64,000 bases of DNA from an uncultured Gemmatimonadaceae bacterium (GCA_963817955.1 CAWFQK010000002.1:1024001-1088000); one strand, 5' to 3'. Positions 1-9,151 are shown, counted from the stretch's first letter. Numbers and translations: made by a program. Notes: generated from the sequence alone by a model not told the origin.

Positions 1-1305
1 GGTGCCAGCGAGTTCTACATGGATTACGCGGACTACGACGTCAACATCAGCGTGCCGCAGGGATGGCTGATCGGCGCAACCGGCACGCTGACAAATGCCG
101 ACGTCGTCTTATCGAAACAGACACGCGACAGGCTGGCCGAAGCGCGCCGCAGCACAAGCGTCGTCCATGTCGTGCGCGATCAGGATCGCGGCGCCGGCGC
201 GACGAGAGCAACGAACACGGGATTCGACGGTGTGCTGACATGGCGATTTCGCGCGCATAACGTGCGCGACTTCGACTGGGGCGCCTCGGCCAAGTACCTG
301 TGGGATGCGACGAACGCGCGCGTGGGCGATCGCGACGGCGACGGTCGCCCAGACACGACGGCGATCAACACCCTCTACAGGCCCGAAGCGCGCGCATGGG
401 CGTGGGACCGGTCAGCCGCCTACGAGCGCTCGGCGGTCGAGTTCCTGTCGGGGGATCTCTGGCCATATCCCTGGGCACAGATGACGGCGCTGGAAGGCCC
501 GGCATCGTGCAAGGGCATGGAATATCCGATGCTCACCTGCATCGGCGGTCCGCGGGACACCTTGTCGCTGTACTCGGTCCAGATTCACGAGACAGGCCAC
601 ATGTGGTTCCCGATGAGCGTCGGATCGGACGAGCGGCGGTTTGCCTGGCAGGACGAAGGCCTGACGCGCTTCAACCAGGCAGAGGGCATGGCGGCGTACT
701 TCAGGGGCTATGACCTGGAGCGCCGGTTGCGGGACAACTACATCACGTTCGCACGCACCGACAGCGAAGTGCCACTCATGCGTCCAGGCGATCAGTACCC
801 ATACGGCACGCCCGCCTACAGTATCGCCTCGTATGACAAGATGGCAACGAATATGGCCGCCCTCCGCGGCTTGCTGGGAACGGACGCCTTTCAGTCGAGC
901 TACCGCACGTACGGCCTGCGTTGGCTGTACCGGCATCCCACGCAATACGACTTCTTCAATAGCTTCAATTCGCTGAGCGGACGCGACCTCTCGTGGTTCT
1001 GGCGCACGTGGTGGTACGAGGCCTGGACGCTGGATCAAGCGATCGCGTCGGTCGTGCCACAAGGCGACCAGTTGCTCGTCACGATCGCGGACAATGGGCT
1101 GGCGCCAATGCCGGTGCGTCTCGCGGTGACGCGTACCGACGGCCGAGTAGAGCGGATGGAGATACCAGTCGACGTCTGGCTCGCCGGCGCTCGCCGGACC
1201 ACAACGCTGGTAGCCGGCGCCGCGACGGTGAGAATGATCGAGATCGATCCCGAGCAACTGTTTCCGGACGTGGATCGGTCGAACAATCGGTGGGTGCGGC
1301 GGTAA
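1..1305 (+). CDS. M1 family zinc aminopeptidase (5'-truncated by window edge)
   Basis: Frame open from base 1; GMEYP exopeptidase motif, HETGH zinc motif and downstream WQDEG glutamate; paralogous to 15721..17691. Confidence 0.9.
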   Translation, partial: GASEFYMDYADYDVNISVPQGWLIGATGTLTNADVVLSKQTRDRLAEARRSTSVVHVVRDQDRGAGATRATNTGFDGVLTWRFRAHNVRDFDWGASAKYLWDATNARVGDRDGDGRPDTTAINTLYRPEARAWAWDRSAAYERSAVEFLSGDLWPYPWAQMTALEGPASCKGMEYPMLTCIGGPRDTLSLYSVQIHETGHMWFPMSVGSDERRFAWQDEGLTRFNQAEGMAAYFRGYDLERRLRDNYITFARTDSEVPLMRPGDQYPYGTPAYSIASYDKMATNMAALRGLLGTDAFQSSYRTYGLRWLYRHPTQYDFFNSFNSLSGRDLSWFWRTWWYEAWTLDQAIASVVPQGDQLLVTIADNGLAPMPVRLAVTRTDGRVERMEIPVDVWLAGARRTTTLVAGAATVRMIEIDPEQLFPDVDRSNNRWVRR

Positions 1306-1396
1306 GGGACACGGGACACGGGACACGAGACAATCGACACGGGACAAGCGACACGAGAAACTCACAACGCACAACTCACAACTGGAAACTCGAACC
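1306..1396 (+). repeat. Tandem heptamer array, 13 in-register units (GGGACAC-type then TCACAAC-type)
   Basis: GGGACAC x3, GAGACAA, TCGACAC, GGGACAA, GCGACAC, GAGAAAC, TCACAAC, GCACAAC, TCACAAC, TGGAAAC, TCGAACC, starting right after the TAA at 1305. Confidence 0.9.
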
Positions 1397-1522
1397 TCGC
1401 CGACCGGTGGGCCGACCGGTACGGAGCAGCCAGCGAGATCCCGCCAGAATAGAGCCCGGAGTCCAATTCACGCTGTGCCCGTCGGCGTCAGCACTGGCAC
1501 CCAACTTGAAGCCCGGGGCGCC

Positions 1523-2191
1523 ATGCCGCTTTCACGTAGGCTGCTTCGTGCAGCGATAGTGGCCGTGGCGCTCGCTTGCGCGACGGTCGCGCCCGGCGGC
1601 GCGCAGGAAATTGGGGCGTACGTTGGGGGCGGCGAGGGCGGACTTCGCGACGTGCGCCGGCCGTTCGGTGGCGGCGTTTCCGCAACTCTCATGTTCCACG
1701 ATTGGATCGGCATTCGTGGAGACGCGGGTTACTACTGGACCGTCGAGAATCGAATAGGATGCTTCGCCGTTCCGCTCGTAGCCGAAGCCGGATCCCGATG
1801 CGTGACGGCCCGTATCTCGAGCCACAGCCATTTCCCGCTGTTCGACGGGCTCGCGGTTCTCCGTGCGCACATTCCCGGCAAGGGCGTTCGGTTCGAAGTG
1901 GGGGCGGGGCCGAGTTGGGTGAATGTGACCAGCGATATTCGGGCGAACAGCGACAGCCTGCTGCACACACACGTCTCGAGCTCACGGATTGGTGCCATGT
2001 TCATGGCGGGGATTCTCGCCCACCCACAGTGGCGTATTCCCGTCACGCTGGAGGCGCAGTATGTCTATCACATGAGCGATACTTTCGGCGCGTGCACCAA
2101 CCAGCTCAACGATCCGATCTGCGGGCAACGGCTCGATTTCCACGAACTGCGATTTTCTATCCTCTACCGACTACGGCCGGTGAGCCCATGA
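1523..2191 (+). CDS. Secreted hypothetical protein, probable outer-membrane beta-barrel
   Basis: Signal peptide MPLSRRLLRAAIVAVALACATVAPGGAQ; amphipathic strands; C-terminal ELRFSILYRL; Cys pairs in loops. Confidence 0.6.
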   Translation: MPLSRRLLRAAIVAVALACATVAPGGAQEIGAYVGGGEGGLRDVRRPFGGGVSATLMFHDWIGIRGDAGYYWTVENRIGCFAVPLVAEAGSRCVTARISSHSHFPLFDGLAVLRAHIPGKGVRFEVGAGPSWVNVTSDIRANSDSLLHTHVSSSRIGAMFMAGILAHPQWRIPVTLEAQYVYHMSDTFGACTNQLNDPICGQRLDFHELRFSILYRLRPVSP

Positions 2192-2254
2192 CCGCAGCCG
2201 CCAGCGTGGCCGCCCTGCTCCGTTTCCGAAGAGAGCGGCACGCCAGCGAAAAGC

Positions 2255-2461
2255 TCAGCGATTCGACTGACGTTTCTCGGTGTCTTCCGCGCTCCGATCA
2301 CCCGTTGGTTGCTCGGGCAGAGTGAGCCAGGTGCTCGACCCGCTCAGATTGCGATCCTCGGCGACATCGTCCTTCTCGACTTTCTTGTTCTGCTCGGCGT
2401 CCTCGTTCTCGGATCCCGCCGCGTTTTTTCGTTTCTCGTCCTTGCGATCCTTATCAGCCAT
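2255..2461 (-). CDS. Small hydrophilic charged protein (68 aa, MADKDRKDEK...)
   Basis: AGGAGG RBS before ATG at 2461; K/D/E-rich composition. Confidence 0.65.
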   Translation of the reverse strand: MADKDRKDEKRKNAAGSENEDAEQNKKVEKDDVAEDRNLSGSSTWLTLPEQPTGDRSAEDTEKRQSNR

Positions 2462-2579
2462 CACGCCCTCCTGTAGGGTCCTACTGTAGGTTCGCACAGC
2501 GTGTGCCGGGCACGGGACACGCCGTGCCAAATACCAGCCAAACTGTTGAGCTCTCCGGGACGCGAGTATGCTTCCTCGC

Positions 2580-3344
2580 ATGAGCAATCGTCCGTATATC
2601 CTGGCCGAGACCACCTGGAAAACCGTTGACGCGACGCCCTATGACGTCGTGATTCTGCCGTGGGGCGCCACCGAAGCGCACAACTATCATCTGCCGTACG
2701 GCACGGACACGATTCAGTGCGACGCCATTGCCGCCCGCGCCGCTGAGCGTGCATGGCAGCACGGCGCGCGGGTCGTCGTCCTTCCCGCCGTGCCGTTCGG
2801 GGTGAACACGACGCAGCTCGACATCAAGCTCTGCGTGAACATGAATCCGTCCACGCAGGCGGCCGTGCTCGCCGACGTCGTGTCGTCGATCGAGCAACAG
2901 GGCATTCGCAAGTTGTTGTTGTTGAACGCGCACGGCGGAAATGATTTCCGGCAGATGATCCGTGAGCTGCAGCCGAAGACGGACGTCTTTCTGACGATGA
3001 TCAATTGGTGGTCGTGCGTCGACGTGACACAGTTTGTCGAGGAACCTGGCGATCACGCAGGAGAGGCCGAAACGAGTGCGATGATGCATCTCGCGCCCGA
3101 GCTCGTGCGGCCGCTGAGCGATGCTGGTCCGGGCCGCGCCCGCCCGTCACGCCTGCGCGGCGTGCGTGAGGGGTGGGCTTGGGCACCGCGCCGCTGGACG
3201 CAGGTGACTGCCGATACAGGGATCGGCAATCCCGCCAAATCCACGGCCGCAAAGGGCCACGCCTACGTCAACGCGGCCGTGGAGCGCATCGGAGACTTCC
3301 TCGTCGAACTCGCCGCACTCGATCTCGACTCGCTATACGAATAG
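2580..3344 (+). CDS. Creatininase/creatinine amidohydrolase family protein
   Basis: GATEAHNYHLPYGTD, LNAHGGN and HAGEAETS motifs; start set at 2580 from TATGCT 7 nt upstream. Confidence 0.9.
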   Translation: MSNRPYILAETTWKTVDATPYDVVILPWGATEAHNYHLPYGTDTIQCDAIAARAAERAWQHGARVVVLPAVPFGVNTTQLDIKLCVNMNPSTQAAVLADVVSSIEQQGIRKLLLLNAHGGNDFRQMIRELQPKTDVFLTMINWWSCVDVTQFVEEPGDHAGEAETSAMMHLAPELVRPLSDAGPGRARPSRLRGVREGWAWAPRRWTQVTADTGIGNPAKSTAAKGHAYVNAAVERIGDFLVELAALDLDSLYE

Positions 3345-3350
3345 CGCCGC

Positions 3351-4706
3351 TCACATGCCGCTTGGATACGTCTCCGCCGGTTCGCCGTCCACGTGCACCG
3401 GCAGATGCAGCGCATCCACGGCGCGCGTCTCGTCGATGAACAGGAACGCATCATACCGCCTCGGCATGATCGTCGGGACATAGTTGCCGAGTCGCTCGTA
3501 CGCGGGATCGTACACGACGCCAATCGCTCGATGACCAATCGGTTCGTCGAGACCGGGTACACCGCCGTCATCGCTGCCATCGAAGAGCAGCAGCGCATCG
3601 CCGACGGACGCATTGTGCATCGCCTCCTCGAAACTGTCACCGCGTGCGGCTGGCACTCGCAGGCGCTGCATGGGCTCGCCCCACTCGTCGGCCGCGATGA
3701 CTGTGCCGCGATGCGTGCCGAATCCGACGAGGACGACACCCTCGCGGTCATGCGCCTGGCGCGTGAGCTGTCCAACGTTCACCATGCCAGCCCTCGTCAT
3801 GTCGGTGAACCGCGCGTCACCAATGTGGGTGTTGTGTTCCCAGATGATCGCCTTGGCACCCGGGCCGTGGTGCTGCATGAGACGGTCGATGGTGTCCATC
3901 ATGTGGTGGTCACGGACGTTCCATGATGCCGGACCGCCGCGAACCATGGTGCGATAATACAGCTCCGCATTCCGAGCAACCAACGCGTTCTGCTCGGCGT
4001 TGAAGTATCCCTCGCGTCCATCCTCGCGGAACTCGGCCGCGTGCACGCGGAGATCGCGCAGAACGGAGACCGCCTCGTCCTCACATGAGGTCGGGACGAT
4101 GGCCGTGGCACGCGCGTACTCCTGGACGTCTTCCGCGTACGGCTCGAAACACCGATAGGCGCGCCGAGCCGCCGCAGCCAATCGCGGATCCACGCGCTCG
4201 AGATATTCGGTGACGGCCCACATGGAATCCCAGAGCGAGTACACGTCGAGTCCGTAGAACCCGGCCTGCTGTTCGGACGCACGACTCTGGTTGCGCGTGC
4301 GCAGCCACTCCACCAGGTCAACGATCTCGCGATTCGCCCACATCCAGGTGGGCCAGCGCTCAAAAGCGTGCAGCACGTCGAACGCCGTGGCCCCGGCATC
4401 CGCCATCCCCTTCACATAGCGGTTCACCCGATAGCAGTCCGGCCAATCGCCCTCGACGCCAATGAACGAAAAACCCCGCTCATTGATGAGGCGCTTCGAG
4501 AGCTCGGCGCGCCACGTGTAGAACTCCGACGTGCCGTGCGACGCCTCGCCGAGCAACACGTACCGGGCGTCGCCGATCGCCTCGATCAGCGGATTGAGAT
4601 CGCGCACAGCGGCCAACGGACGAGCGACCTTTCGCAAACCCGCCGCGAGCCACTCCGTGCGTTTGCCATCGCCGTCCTCGTCAGTGATCGAGCGCGTCCA
4701 GGGCAT
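3351..4706 (-). CDS. Erythromycin esterase family protein
   Basis: VLLGEASHGTSEFY, VEGDWPD, WPTWMWAN, WNVRDHHM, WEHNTHIGDAR; GGAGG RBS before ATG 4706. Confidence 0.9.
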   Translation of the reverse strand: MPWTRSITDEDGDGKRTEWLAAGLRKVARPLAAVRDLNPLIEAIGDARYVLLGEASHGTSEFYTWRAELSKRLINERGFSFIGVEGDWPDCYRVNRYVKGMADAGATAFDVLHAFERWPTWMWANREIVDLVEWLRTRNQSRASEQQAGFYGLDVYSLWDSMWAVTEYLERVDPRLAAAARRAYRCFEPYAEDVQEYARATAIVPTSCEDEAVSVLRDLRVHAAEFREDGREGYFNAEQNALVARNAELYYRTMVRGGPASWNVRDHHMMDTIDRLMQHHGPGAKAIIWEHNTHIGDARFTDMTRAGMVNVGQLTRQAHDREGVVLVGFGTHRGTVIAADEWGEPMQRLRVPAARGDSFEEAMHNASVGDALLLFDGSDDGGVPGLDEPIGHRAIGVVYDPAYERLGNYVPTIMPRRYDAFLFIDETRAVDALHLPVHVDGEPAETYPSGM

Positions 4707-4805
4707 GCCAGAATCCTCCATTCACAAGTCGCCAGAGACTCGACATCTTGCAATTTGGAGGCTCGACCAGGCGGCTCAGCCTTCAGAACCTTTGGCTACT
4801 GGATA

Positions 4806-5375
4806 ATGTTTCCCACACTGCCAGACGCAGTGCCGCAGCGAAGTGACCCGCTTTCACGCGCCTTCGGACGCGTGGTGCTGAGGCTGTTGGGCTGGCGAAT
4901 CACGGGCGAGGTACCAGATCGACCGAAGTTCGTGGTGATCGTGGCGCCGCATCGCTCGAACTGGGACTTCGTGGTGGGACTCGCCGTGAGGTTTGCGCTT
5001 GGCATAGACGCCTCGTGGATCGGCAAGCACACGCTATTCCGAGGTCCGTGGGCGGGGCTGCTTCGGCGCTGGGGCGGCATTCCGGTCGATCGCCGATCAC
5101 CACACGATACCGTTGCCACCGTCGTCGATCTCTTTGCCAAGTCTGACCGCATGGTCCTCGCCGTGGCCCCCGAAGGTACGCGAAAGCGAGGCAGCGAATG
5201 GAAGACCGGCTTCTGGCACATAGCGCATGGGGCGGACGTGCCGATTCTGCCGATCGCGTTCGACTGGACTGATCGGACCGTGCGCCTGATGCCGATCGTC
5301 CATCCCCGAGACCTCGAACAAGACATGCGGAACATTCGGGCGCTGTACGCCGGGGTTCGCGGGCGGTACCCGTGA
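4806..5375 (+). CDS. 1-acyl-sn-glycerol-3-phosphate (lysophospholipid) acyltransferase family
   Basis: APHRSNWD (HX4D), GIPVDR, APEGTR, WKTGF motifs. Confidence 0.9.
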   Translation: MFPTLPDAVPQRSDPLSRAFGRVVLRLLGWRITGEVPDRPKFVVIVAPHRSNWDFVVGLAVRFALGIDASWIGKHTLFRGPWAGLLRRWGGIPVDRRSPHDTVATVVDLFAKSDRMVLAVAPEGTRKRGSEWKTGFWHIAHGADVPILPIAFDWTDRTVRLMPIVHPRDLEQDMRNIRALYAGVRGRYP

Positions 5376-5394
5376 CCGCCGTTAGTTTTCGGAC

Positions 5395-6657
5395 ATGCTA
5401 CGTGTGCTCTGGCGCGTCATGGCCGCCCTGCTCCTTGCCACCCGACTCTCCGCGCAAAGCAATCCGCCAAGCGCTCCAGGGTTCGTTGTAGGTAATCCGC
5501 TGTTCGACAGCGGACGGAACATCACCGTGTCGCTCCTCACGATGGGCGACGGTGACGAAGTGTGGGAGCTGTTCGGCCACACCGCGATCTGGCTGCACGA
5601 CGACGTCAGCGGCGCCGATGCGGTGTTCAACTGGGGGGTGTTCGACCGCAGTCAGCCACTGTTCATCCCGCACTTTCTCAAAGGGCTCATGCTCTACCAG
5701 ATGGGCGCCGAGCCGCTCGAGTCGGTGTTGTCGCAGTATCGTTACCTCAATCGGTCCGTCGTGTCGCAGCAACTCGCGCTGAACGCGGCGCAGAAGGACA
5801 CGCTGCTGCGCTTGATCCAGCTCAACGCGCGACCGGAGAATCTGCAGTACCGCTACGATTACTTCGTCAACAACTGCTCGACGCGGCCTCGGGATCTGCT
5901 CGACCGCGCGTTGGGCGGCCAGATTCGAGCCAAGTCAATGGTGCCCAGTGGCACCTCCTATCGCTGGCACGCGCTTCGGCTCATGCAGGGCAACAAGCCG
6001 CTGGTGCTCGGCGCGGACATTGGACTCGGCGAGCCGAGCGATCGCGAGATCACGAAGTGGCAGACCATGTTCCTGCCGCAACAACTGCATGATGTCGTCG
6101 GGGCACTGCAGGTGCGCGACAGCAGCGGCATGCTCCATCCCCTGGTCGCCAACGAACGCGTGTTGTTTCAGGCAACCAGGCTGGGAGAGCCGACCGCGCC
6201 GCCAAATCTGGCGCCGTGGCTGTGGGGTTCTGGGCTGGTGATCGCCGCAATCCTGGTCTGGCTCGCGACTGCCTCGGACCGGGGTAGCCACGCCGCGCGT
6301 GTCGGCCTCGCGGTGCTCGCCATTGTCTGGTGCACGGCCGCGGGCCTCCTCGGCACGCTACTCACTCTATTGTGGACCGTTACCGATCACATGTTCGCGC
6401 ACCACAACGAGAATCTGCTGCTGTTCAACCCATTATGGCTGATTCTCGCGGTGCTCGCCGGCAAGTACGTGCTGCGGCCACGCGCGACAAGAGCTACGTG
6501 GTACCTCGCGTTCGGTTTGGCGGCGCTGTGCGTACTAGCGCTCGTTGCTCACGCGGTCACGCTCTCGAAGCAAGCCAATCTCGCCGTGATTGGACTGGCG
6601 CTGCCGCCGGCCCTGGCGATTGCGTGGATCGTCAGACCGCGGGCGCCGCAGGCCTGA
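5395..6657 (+). CDS. DUF4105/Lnb-like membrane protein (putative lipoprotein N-acyltransferase)
   Basis: Signal peptide; FGHTAI, FNWGVF, YRYDYFVNNCSTR, MFLP motifs; about five C-terminal TM helices. Confidence 0.8.
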   Translation: MLRVLWRVMAALLLATRLSAQSNPPSAPGFVVGNPLFDSGRNITVSLLTMGDGDEVWELFGHTAIWLHDDVSGADAVFNWGVFDRSQPLFIPHFLKGLMLYQMGAEPLESVLSQYRYLNRSVVSQQLALNAAQKDTLLRLIQLNARPENLQYRYDYFVNNCSTRPRDLLDRALGGQIRAKSMVPSGTSYRWHALRLMQGNKPLVLGADIGLGEPSDREITKWQTMFLPQQLHDVVGALQVRDSSGMLHPLVANERVLFQATRLGEPTAPPNLAPWLWGSGLVIAAILVWLATASDRGSHAARVGLAVLAIVWCTAAGLLGTLLTLLWTVTDHMFAHHNENLLLFNPLWLILAVLAGKYVLRPRATRATWYLAFGLAALCVLALVAHAVTLSKQANLAVIGLALPPALAIAWIVRPRAPQA

Positions 6658-6684
6658 TAAGACACCCCTGAGCACTCAGCCGCA

Positions 6685-6900
6685 TCAGCCTTCGCCGGGA
6701 GTTTCGATCGGAGTCGCACCGTCCTGATCGTTCGCTCCACAGGGCATGCGATGAACGACGCGGTGACTGAGGATGCGGACGTCGGCATCCTCGAACCGCG
6801 CAATCAGCTCACCGCACTTCATGCAGCGCGGGAACATCGTGAAGATCGAGCGGGCCATCTCGTCGATGGCCGGATCGTTGGGGCGCGCTGCGATGTCCAT
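6685..6900 (-). CDS. Small hypothetical protein with CxxC...HxxxC (possible metal binding)
   Basis: 71-aa ORF filling the gap; RCMKC and HRMPC; CATAGT just upstream of ATG. Confidence 0.5.
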   Translation of the reverse strand: MDIAARPNDPAIDEMARSIFTMFPRCMKCGELIARFEDADVRILSHRVVHRMPCGANDQDGATPIETPGEG

Positions 6901-6939
6901 GCTGCACTATGTGGGGAGGGATTGGAGTTCGCCAGGTGT

Positions 6940-6967
6940 GGGACACGGGACACGGGACAATGGGGAC
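6940..6967 (+). repeat. Heptamer array GGGACAC GGGACAC GGGACAA TGGGGAC
   Basis: Read directly; abuts the stop of the methyltransferase. Confidence 0.85.
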
Positions 6968-6968
6968 G

Positions 6969-7562
6969 TCAGCAGTGCTCGAACGCGTTCAGCATGTCGC
7001 GTTTGTCCAGGTCCGTGTAGCAATACGGTCCGCATTGCGTGAGTCCTGCGGTTCGAAAGAGCCGGCGATACTCCGCTGCGCTTCGCTCCTGCCAGCCGAG
7101 TCGATCGCCTTCCATGGCGTCCTCCGTCGTGAACGCCTCGATGTACGCGACGCCGCCGAGCAAGCGACGGACGGCGCGCAAACCTCGCTCGAGATCACGT
7201 GACTCGACATACTGCAGGACGTCCGCGCAAACGATGAGATCGATATTGCGTGGCACGGTCATCTTCGCGAGATCGCCGAAGCTGCCCCGACGAATGTTGC
7301 GCCGCTTGCCAAACCGCTCGAGCACGTACTCGCTGGAGTCGATACCGACGTAACGCACCTCCGGCCTGAGCCTTCGGAGAACGGAGAACCAGGGCGCCTC
7401 GCCGCAGCCGATATCGAACACCGTTCGGATGCGCCGGCCGAGAACGAACTCGGCAACCGAGACGGCCAGTCGCACCTTGCGGCCGAGACTTTCGCGAGTC
7501 GATACCCGATCTTCCGGGTCGCGGTACCAACGGTTGAAATAGCTGCGATCGTAAGTCTTCAT
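6969..7562 (-). CDS. Class I SAM-dependent methyltransferase
   Basis: VFDIGCGEA motif I, YVGIDSS, DLIVCADVLQY; start MKTYDRSYF. Confidence 0.88.
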   Translation of the reverse strand: MKTYDRSYFNRWYRDPEDRVSTRESLGRKVRLAVSVAEFVLGRRIRTVFDIGCGEAPWFSVLRRLRPEVRYVGIDSSEYVLERFGKRRNIRRGSFGDLAKMTVPRNIDLIVCADVLQYVESRDLERGLRAVRRLLGGVAYIEAFTTEDAMEGDRLGWQERSAAEYRRLFRTAGLTQCGPYCYTDLDKRDMLNAFEHC

Positions 7563-7565
7563 CCC

Positions 7566-7600
7566 GTGTCTCGTGTCTCGTGTCCCGTGTCCCGTGTCCC
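7566..7600 (-). repeat. Heptamer array of 5 units (GGGACAC x3, GAGACAC x2 on minus strand)
   Basis: Plus strand GTGTCTC x2 GTGTCCC x3, 3 nt upstream of the methyltransferase ATG. Confidence 0.9.
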
Positions 7601-7689
7601 AGAGCAACCTTCGATTGCACCAGGGGGTAGAACGAAGGCTGCCCAAATCCTAGTTTCAGTAGTCTCCCACACCATTGTAGTTGTCAACC

Positions 7690-9132
7690 ATGCAAGCGAC
7701 TTCATCTGCCACTCGCGCATCGCGCTGGTTGGCTGCCGCCGTGCTGGCCCTTCTCGTTCCCGCGGCGAGCCTTCATGCGCAGGTCGTACCGGCACCCGCA
7801 TCCGGGTTTTCCGCGCTGCAGGGCTCCGTCATGGACAGCGTGCACAACGCTCCCCTGGCGAACGCCAACGTGATTGTCGAGGGCACGACGCGAGCGGCCG
7901 TCACCTCCGCGGACGGTCATTTTCACATCGACAGCATTCCCGCCGGCCCGCATCGCGTGTCCGTGATGCACGCGTTGCTCGATACGCTGGGCGTGCTGAT
8001 GCGGACACCCGCTTATCCATTCGTGGCCGGCCAGACGCACGATCTCGATCTCGCGCTGCCTGGAGGCGAGCGATTGGCCAATTCGCTCTGTACGCAGGCA
8101 ATGCGCGCCCGCGGTCCGGCCGTGATGCTCGGCTTCGTACGCGATCCGGAGAGCAACAGTCCCGCGCTCGGGGCGAAGGTATCGCTGGTGTACTACGATA
8201 CCGACCCGATCGGTCGCAAGCAGATGCGCATGCGCGAAGCACCGGTGGACTCGAGCGGCATGTACCGCATCTGCGGTCTGCCCGCCGAGATGTCGGGAAA
8301 GGTTCAGGTATTCCGCAACGGGGTGAGTACCGGCGAGGTTCCGGCCGAAGTCACGAATTTTCTCGCGCTGCGCGCGTTCAGCGTTGCCGCAACTCAGATC
8401 GTCACTGAGGTGAAGATGGACAGTGGCAAGGTGAAGCGGATCGCCAAGGGCTTGGCGCGTGTGACTGGGCGGGTCATGGATAAGACTGGCAAGCCGCTCG
8501 GGGGTGCACGTGTGACGCTTCAAGGCGGCGGGGAGACAGCGATCTCACGGCCGAACGGCGAGTTCGCACTCGATAGCCTGCCGGCAGGGACCCAGGCGCT
8601 CGAGGTACGAAAGCTCGGATACGCATCCGCTGACGTCCCGGTGGAACTGTCATCGAGCGTGCCGGCGCGCACGACGGTGACGTTGGGCGATTTCGTGCCG
8701 GTGCTCGCCACCATGCGCGTCGAGGCAGCGCAGGACAAGGCGCTGTCGGATGTCGGCTATCTACAGCGCAAGCAGACAGGCATGGGCTATTACATGGATG
8801 GCAAGATGATCAATCATGAATCGCTGTCGTTCAGCGACGTGATGCGCGTCGCGCCAGGCCTTCGTGTCTCGCCGCTGGGAGACGGGAAGACGTACGTGAT
8901 CACTGACGCGCGTAACTCGGCAGATGGGTGCGTGAATTTCTACGTTGACGGAACCTTCTGGCAGACCATGTCACCGGGCGACATCGACGATTTCGTCCGT
9001 CCACAGGAATTGGTCGCCGTCGAGGTGTACCACGGCACGAGCGCTCCGCCGCAGTTCGTGCAGGCGGGCCAGAGCGGATGCGCCGCCGTCGTGGCGTGGA
9101 CGGTAGCGAAGGTGCGCCCGAAGAAGCCGTGA
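7690..9132 (+). CDS. Secreted protein with carboxypeptidase-regulatory-like domains and a TonB-receptor plug-like C-terminus (no barrel)
   Basis: Signal peptide; GSVMDS..PLANANV and GRVMD..GKPLGGARV repeats; plug-like SDVMRVAPG...FYVDG...VAVEVY...AVVAWT. Confidence 0.75.
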   Translation: MQATSSATRASRWLAAAVLALLVPAASLHAQVVPAPASGFSALQGSVMDSVHNAPLANANVIVEGTTRAAVTSADGHFHIDSIPAGPHRVSVMHALLDTLGVLMRTPAYPFVAGQTHDLDLALPGGERLANSLCTQAMRARGPAVMLGFVRDPESNSPALGAKVSLVYYDTDPIGRKQMRMREAPVDSSGMYRICGLPAEMSGKVQVFRNGVSTGEVPAEVTNFLALRAFSVAATQIVTEVKMDSGKVKRIAKGLARVTGRVMDKTGKPLGGARVTLQGGGETAISRPNGEFALDSLPAGTQALEVRKLGYASADVPVELSSSVPARTTVTLGDFVPVLATMRVEAAQDKALSDVGYLQRKQTGMGYYMDGKMINHESLSFSDVMRVAPGLRVSPLGDGKTYVITDARNSADGCVNFYVDGTFWQTMSPGDIDDFVRPQELVAVEVYHGTSAPPQFVQAGQSGCAAVVAWTVAKVRPKKP

Positions 9133-9151
9133 CGCGCCGGCAAGGGCCGGC

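Noticed and set aside
412..1374. Long antisense ORFs (also 23820..25259, 27064..28698, 33052..34560, 56389..57804)
   Set aside because: Shadow frames opposite well-supported genes, as expected in GC-rich DNA; no recognisable motifs
1495..1510. Sigma54-like TGGCAC-CCAAC-TTGAA before 1523
   Set aside because: The -12 element is GA rather than GC; too weak to call
3351..4706. Macrolide resistance gene
   Set aside because: The erythromycin esterase family is broad and chromosomal; no mobile context and no evidence of Ere activity
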